In this document: in pieces, positions 29,858-34,137 of the stretch
Layout: each line of letters begins with the position of its first letter
How positions within the stretch are numbered: the stretch's first letter is position 1
Made by a program: the position numbers and the translations under genes
Source: an uncultured Prolixibacteraceae bacterium
GTDB taxonomy: Bacteria; Bacteroidota; Bacteroidia; Bacteroidales; Prolixibacteraceae
Assembly: GCA_964558145.1 (NCBI GenBank)
Contig: CAZLDP010000001.1
Span: forward strand, 1 to 34,137
Length of the DNA stretch: 34,137 nucleotides
Direction: 5' to 3'
The notes under the pieces: generated by a model
What the model was told of the DNA's origin: nothing
What the model saw: only the letters and a program-made list of their open reading frames with translations
Databases searched by the model: none

Positions 29858-32800
29858 TCAAAGAGTAACATCAACCCCGAAAGTGACCGTTCGGGGCATG
29901 GGGGTAGTAGCTCCTGTTTCAGGGTCGAAACCGGGCCATTTGGTGAGTGTCAATAAGTTACGACCGGTAAGAGAAAGACGTATACGCTGTATGGATAGAA
30001 GTTTGTTCAACACATGGGTGGGAACGTCATAGGAAAGGTTGACATCCTGTACCCTCAAAAAACCGGTCGGTTTGTATATTCCAATTCCACCACCGTACCG
30101 GGCTAAATTATCGGGAAAATCAAGTTTAGCAAACTCGCAACCGGGATTTTCGGGTGACCAATGTCCCCAATTCCAATCATTACGAAGATTATAGGTGTCT
30201 TTACTATTTGTAACAGGCATAGAACGAATGTGACCTAAATCGGCACGAATAAAGATGGAAGCCGTAAAGTTCTTAAAGAAAGTAAAATCATTGGACAGAC
30301 CCCAACGTTGCCTCGGTTTGGTATAACCGATAAATTTTTTATCTTCAAAATTGCTTAAAACGTAGTCTGCATTCACATCGTCCACCTTGTAATCTCCCGG
30401 TTCCAGGTTATATTTAGCCGCTTCTTCTGCCTCATCGAGTTGCCAGATTCCCAACCTGTCGTAGTTCCATACCACATCCAATGCTTGTCCCGGGAACCAT
30501 TCGTTCTGAAAGTCGGGCAGTTCACCGCGTTGCTCCTTGTTAAGCAACTTGAAATCACCAATATCACCCCACAATTCTTTAATTTTATTACGATTGAGAG
30601 AAAACACGAGTGAGCTGTTCCACGAGAAATTAGGATTATTCACATTCACGGTATTGATGGTGAAATCAATTCCTCGGTTACCCAATCGTCCCAGGTTCGA
30701 CATGATACTCTCAAACCCGGTGATTTTGGGCAGTTGTCTCTTCAGTAGCAAATCTTCAGTTGTGGAATCATACATATCAAGGGTTATGTCAATACGATTA
30801 TTTAACAGTCCCATGTCAAATCCGATATTGAATGCTTCGGTACGTTCCCAACGAAGGTAAGGGTTGGCAAGCGTGGTATTATACACACCTGTTTGAATAG
30901 CGCTGCCTGTATAGTACCTCCTCGAGCCCATCTGTGCCAGCGCTGAATAGATGCCAATTGAGCGGTTCCCATTTTCTCCCCATGACAACCGTACCTTTAA
31001 ACGGTTTAAAATATCATTTTGGGGATAAAAAGGCTCTTCGCTAATTCTCCAGGCAAAAGCGAAGGCGGGGAATACGGCTCTCGGATTGAGTTGGCCGAAT
31101 GCAGAATAACCGTCACGCCTTATAGAGGCAGTCAACAGATATCTGTCTAACAGGGTATAGTTCAACCTTGCCATCAGGGCATCACCTGAGCTCTGGGTGT
31201 CATTACTGTTAAGACTTTGGTTTGCTCCAAACTGCAGCCCATGATAGGTAAGATTCTCGTTGGGAGCGAAATTGTTGGCGTATAAATTAGATCTCCAACT
31301 CTTGGATTGTTCAGCATTTGCCAGCAAAGTGACGTCAAAATCATGAACACCAAAACTGCCGTTCCATTTTATCAGGTTGTCAAACATCCAGGCAAATTCA
31401 TTCGTGTGATACCGATACCCATACCCTCCTGTATAGGTAGTCCTTCCTGTGAAAGTATTTGTAGAAAAGAAGTTGGCCTCTTTGGTGGTGGCGATACTGG
31501 GTTGTATGGAAATCCGATAGGTAATGCCAAAAGGCAATTTGAGTTCGGAATACAAGACGGAAAAAAGTGTATACATATCGAGCATCTGATCAGTGCCATA
31601 ATGATCCAATAAAGGATTCCTTGCGGCAGAATAATCATTGGGATACCAGCGAACTGAGCCATCGTCTTCCCACATGGATCCGTATGGACTCATGTAGGCA
31701 AGTTCACGCAGATTGGCTTGTACTCCTCCTTCATCGCGATAAGCGAATTGTGTGTTTGTACCCACCTTCAACCAATCCGTGATCTTCAAATCAAGATTAA
31801 TTCTACTCCGTATTGAGGAGAACGCATCACCTTTTATTATACCTTCATTGTCCTGATAACCCAAAGACCAGTAATAATTCAGGTTATCCGTAGCTCCGCT
31901 GGCACTTACCGTATAGTCCTGACGAATACCTCTTCCTATCACCAGGTCATAGAAATTGGTGGTTTTACCCGCCAAATAGTTTTCACGTTCGATATCCCAA
32001 ACATTTAACCTGTTAAACCACTCTGTGGTTGGATCGGGATTGGGATTTCCTACATAACCGAGCCACGTGGCTACACTTATATTATCCGGTAAATCTTCGG
32101 GACGCCAATAATAGTAGTATGGTAAATTCCCATTGCTTCTCTGGTACATAATGTCCCGATGCATATTGAAGTAATCCATCGGATCATCTTTTGGTCCCAT
32201 ACCGTACGGATACACATTTTTCGCGGGGTTGGATATACCGACACGTGCTGAAACGTTAATGGTGGGTTTACCGCTTCGACCTCTCTTTGAAGTGATAATG
32301 ATTACTCCCGCGGCTGCTCTTGCACCGAAAATAGCAGCAGAACTGGCATCTTTCAAAACATCAATTGATTCGATATCATTGGGATTGATATCCTTCAAAC
32401 TACCCGGGTAGATAACCCCATCCAGGACTATCAAAGGAGAGGAGGAGGCAGAAATGGACGATGGTCCACGAATCTCCAAAGATCCTCCGCCTGCTGCGTT
32501 ACTGCCCTGAGTGGAATAGAGTCCGGCCACTGTACCGTTAAGAGATTCGGTAATCTGGGTAGAGGCTACTTTATTTATCTGATCGCTACTTATCCGCGAC
32601 ACTGATCCGGTTAAATCACTTCTTTTTACAGTTCCGTAACCTATCGCTATCACTTCTTCAAGACCTATGACCTCTTCTTTCATCTTGATATTGATCGTGG
32701 TTTTGTTTCCCACGGTGATCTCCTGTGGTTGCATGCCCACAAACGAAAAAGTGAGAACTGCATTCTTGGGAACCGTATGTAAAATGTAATTCCCATCATT

Positions 32801-33331
32801 ATCACTTATAGTACCGATCGATGTGCCTTTCACGACAACGCTGACCCCGGGAAGAGGCTCGCCGCGGTCATCCACGACTTTTCCCTTGACCGCGATATTT
32901 TCCTGTGGAGGCTCGGTTTTCAACTGAACAGGAGTGGCGGGAACATACGCATTCTCGTGTTTGTTCTCGGTATAAACAATTATCTGTCTCCCTATTATAC
33001 TGTAATTCAGGCCTTTGTCTTTAAATAGTTGATCTAAAATCGCTTCTATCGGTTTGTTTTGAACATCAATAGTTACTCGATTTCTCAGTTCAATTTCAGC
33101 ATCTTCATTAAATATAAAGACATAACTGGTCTCTTTCTCTAGTTCAGAAATTACATTCTTGATCGCAACATTTTTCAGGCTCAGAGAAATATCATTGTTT
33201 TGCGAATAAATATTCTCCCCTAATACACAAAAAGTACACAGAAAACACATTAATACAGTAATATTCATGATTCTTAGAATTCTATTATATCTTTTTGGTA
33301 TATAAACTTTATTGCTAATTTTTTGTTTCAT
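29858..33331 (-). CDS. susC: SusC/RagA TonB-linked outer membrane transporter with N-terminal STN extension
   Basis: STN-like ISLSLKNVAIKNVISELEKETSYVF; GEPLPGVSVVVKGT; EEVIAIGYG; INPNDIESIDVLKDASSAAIFGARAAAGVIIITSKRG; NPYLRWE. Confidence 0.96.
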   Translation of the reverse strand: MKQKISNKVYIPKRYNRILRIMNITVLMCFLCTFCVLGENIYSQNNDISLSLKNVAIKNVISELEKETSYVFIFNEDAEIELRNRVTIDVQNKPIEAILDQLFKDKGLNYSIIGRQIIVYTENKHENAYVPATPVQLKTEPPQENIAVKGKVVDDRGEPLPGVSVVVKGTSIGTISDNDGNYILHTVPKNAVLTFSFVGMQPQEITVGNKTTINIKMKEEVIGLEEVIAIGYGTVKRSDLTGSVSRISSDQINKVASTQITESLNGTVAGLYSTQGSNAAGGGSLEIRGPSSISASSSPLIVLDGVIYPGSLKDINPNDIESIDVLKDASSAAIFGARAAAGVIIITSKRGRSGKPTINVSARVGISNPAKNVYPYGMGPKDDPMDYFNMHRDIMYQRSNGNLPYYYYWRPEDLPDNISVATWLGYVGNPNPDPTTEWFNRLNVWDIERENYLAGKTTNFYDLVIGRGIRQDYTVSASGATDNLNYYWSLGYQDNEGIIKGDAFSSIRSRINLDLKITDWLKVGTNTQFAYRDEGGVQANLRELAYMSPYGSMWEDDGSVRWYPNDYSAARNPLLDHYGTDQMLDMYTLFSVLYSELKLPFGITYRISIQPSIATTKEANFFSTNTFTGRTTYTGGYGYRYHTNEFAWMFDNLIKWNGSFGVHDFDVTLLANAEQSKSWRSNLYANNFAPNENLTYHGLQFGANQSLNSNDTQSSGDALMARLNYTLLDRYLLTASIRRDGYSAFGQLNPRAVFPAFAFAWRISEEPFYPQNDILNRLKVRLSWGENGNRSIGIYSALAQMGSRRYYTGSAIQTGVYNTTLANPYLRWERTEAFNIGFDMGLLNNRIDITLDMYDSTTEDLLLKRQLPKITGFESIMSNLGRLGNRGIDFTINTVNVNNPNFSWNSSLVFSLNRNKIKELWGDIGDFKLLNKEQRGELPDFQNEWFPGQALDVVWNYDRLGIWQLDEAEEAAKYNLEPGDYKVDDVNADYVLSNFEDKKFIGYTKPRQRWGLSNDFTFFKNFTASIFIRADLGHIRSMPVTNSKDTYNLRNDWNWGHWSPENPGCEFAKLDFPDNLARYGGGIGIYKPTGFLRVQDVNLSYDVPTHVLNKLLSIQRIRLSLTGRNLLTLTKWPGFDPETGATTPMPRTVTFGVDVTL

Positions 33332-33384
33332 ACATTTTTCATGAATTAAGTTTACGAAATAAGAGGATTATCTTGTGAATTAGT

Positions 33385-33427
33385 TTTTTGATCGAGGGAC
33401 GCGGGAACATTTCTCGACCATTTTTTT
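33385..33427 (-). promoter_or_regulatory. A-tract-flanked hairpin in the susC leader
   Basis: Minus strand reads AAAAAAATGGTCGAGAAATGTTCCCGCGTCCCTCGATCAAAAAA; TCGAG/CTCGA stem about 55-95 nt upstream of the susC ATG. Confidence 0.35.
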
Positions 33428-33662
33428 AAGTTAGTGTTTCATCTATTCATAAGCAAAGTTTTTATTGGGTTATAACTTTCATTATATTGTTCTCAATTTT
33501 ATAAATTATTTATTTTCAATAAAATAAGGATTGTAAACGTGTTTGTCCTCTTTCATACGAATTCACTTTTTTAATGACAAAGGATAGACAATTCAATATT
33601 TCTTTTGTAGTCAAAAAATTAAAGAAATCGCTGTTGTCCGGTAAAATTCATTGAAACAATAC

Positions 33663-33688
33663 CGGGTAGGCCTTATTGGGCTTACCCG
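33663..33688. other. Intergenic hairpin (possible terminator or regulatory stem)
   Basis: CGGGTAGGCC-TTATTG-GGCTTACCCG, 9/10 complementary. Confidence 0.4.
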
Positions 33689-33856
33689 TATGGTTACCAT
33701 TTAAGTGGCGAAACAAAAGGGGAACCATGCGTAAAAGCACAAATTTTATAGGACTACCGGTTATTTGAGTTCTTTACCAACAATTTGGAATTGACAGCCG
33801 GAAAAGTAGCCTTGATTTACATCGAGGAAAAGAAATTAACATTTTGAATTTGGGAA

Positions 33857-34137
33857 TTAGAGTTGTTGGTAAAATGAAAGAACAACCAAATAAACAAAGA
33901 ATGGTTTTTCAGAATCGTTATGTATAGATCTTAAATGTTCGATACCGCGATGGATAAGTCTTCTGGCAGAATTGTAATTCATTTTCATGAATGAAGCAAT
34001 ATCAGCATAATCCATTCCTTGCATATATCTTAAATAAATAGCTTCCCGCTGCCGAGGCGTCAGTTCATTCAATAAATTTTCAATGGTTTGTTTTAGTTTA
34101 GCAGTGTCCTCAATATTTATTATTGATTCCAACGTTT
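33857..34137 (-). CDS. ECF RNA polymerase sigma-70 factor, C-terminal region 4 (5' part outside window)
   Basis: LTPRQREAIYLRYMQGMDYADIASFMKMNYNSARRLIHRGIEHLR; the frame runs off the window end. Confidence 0.88.
   Translation of the reverse strand, partial: TLESIINIEDTAKLKQTIENLLNELTPRQREAIYLRYMQGMDYADIASFMKMNYNSARRLIHRGIEHLRSIHNDSEKPFFVYLVVLSFYQQL

Noticed and set aside
1-34137. tRNA, rRNA, IS transposase or integrase genes
   Set aside because: None recognised by eye; tRNAscan, Rfam and ISEScan runs would be needed to exclude them

Overview
Bacteroidota-like chromosomal window (inferred from SusC/SusD, TAnnTTTG promoter boxes and a DUF4249/TBDT pair). The + strand (1-12.9 kb) carries a secreted aromatic/Ser-Arg-rich protein, a Tat-exported Gfo/Idh/MocA oxidoreductase, a Tat-exported clan GH-D glycosidase with an atypical motif, a histidine-kinase relic, a PepSY-TM protein, a TonB receptor with a DUF4249 lipoprotein, and an AT-rich island (10.1-13.3 kb) with a broken TlpA, an orphan gene and attC-like inverted repeats. 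The - strand (13.4-34.1 kb) is one ~20 kb polysaccharide utilization locus (PUL): ECF sigma (no adjacent anti-sigma), STN-SusC, SusD, two paralogous ~880-aa DUF4861-like proteins with DxDGD repeats, a Tat-exported DegT aminotransferase, a ceramidase-like amidohydrolase, a deleted beta-propeller lipoprotein, a beta-helix protein resembling Methanosarcina disaggregatase-related proteins, an interrupted GH20, an HGSNAT/NagX-like protein and an alkaline-phosphatase-fold enzyme. Top hypotheses: (1) the PUL targets a hexosamine-rich glycan, possibly archaeal methanochondroitin, using an archaeal-type enzyme; (2) the island holds integron-like gene cassettes. Many genes carry lesions. All family calls come from motif recognition by eye, not database searches.
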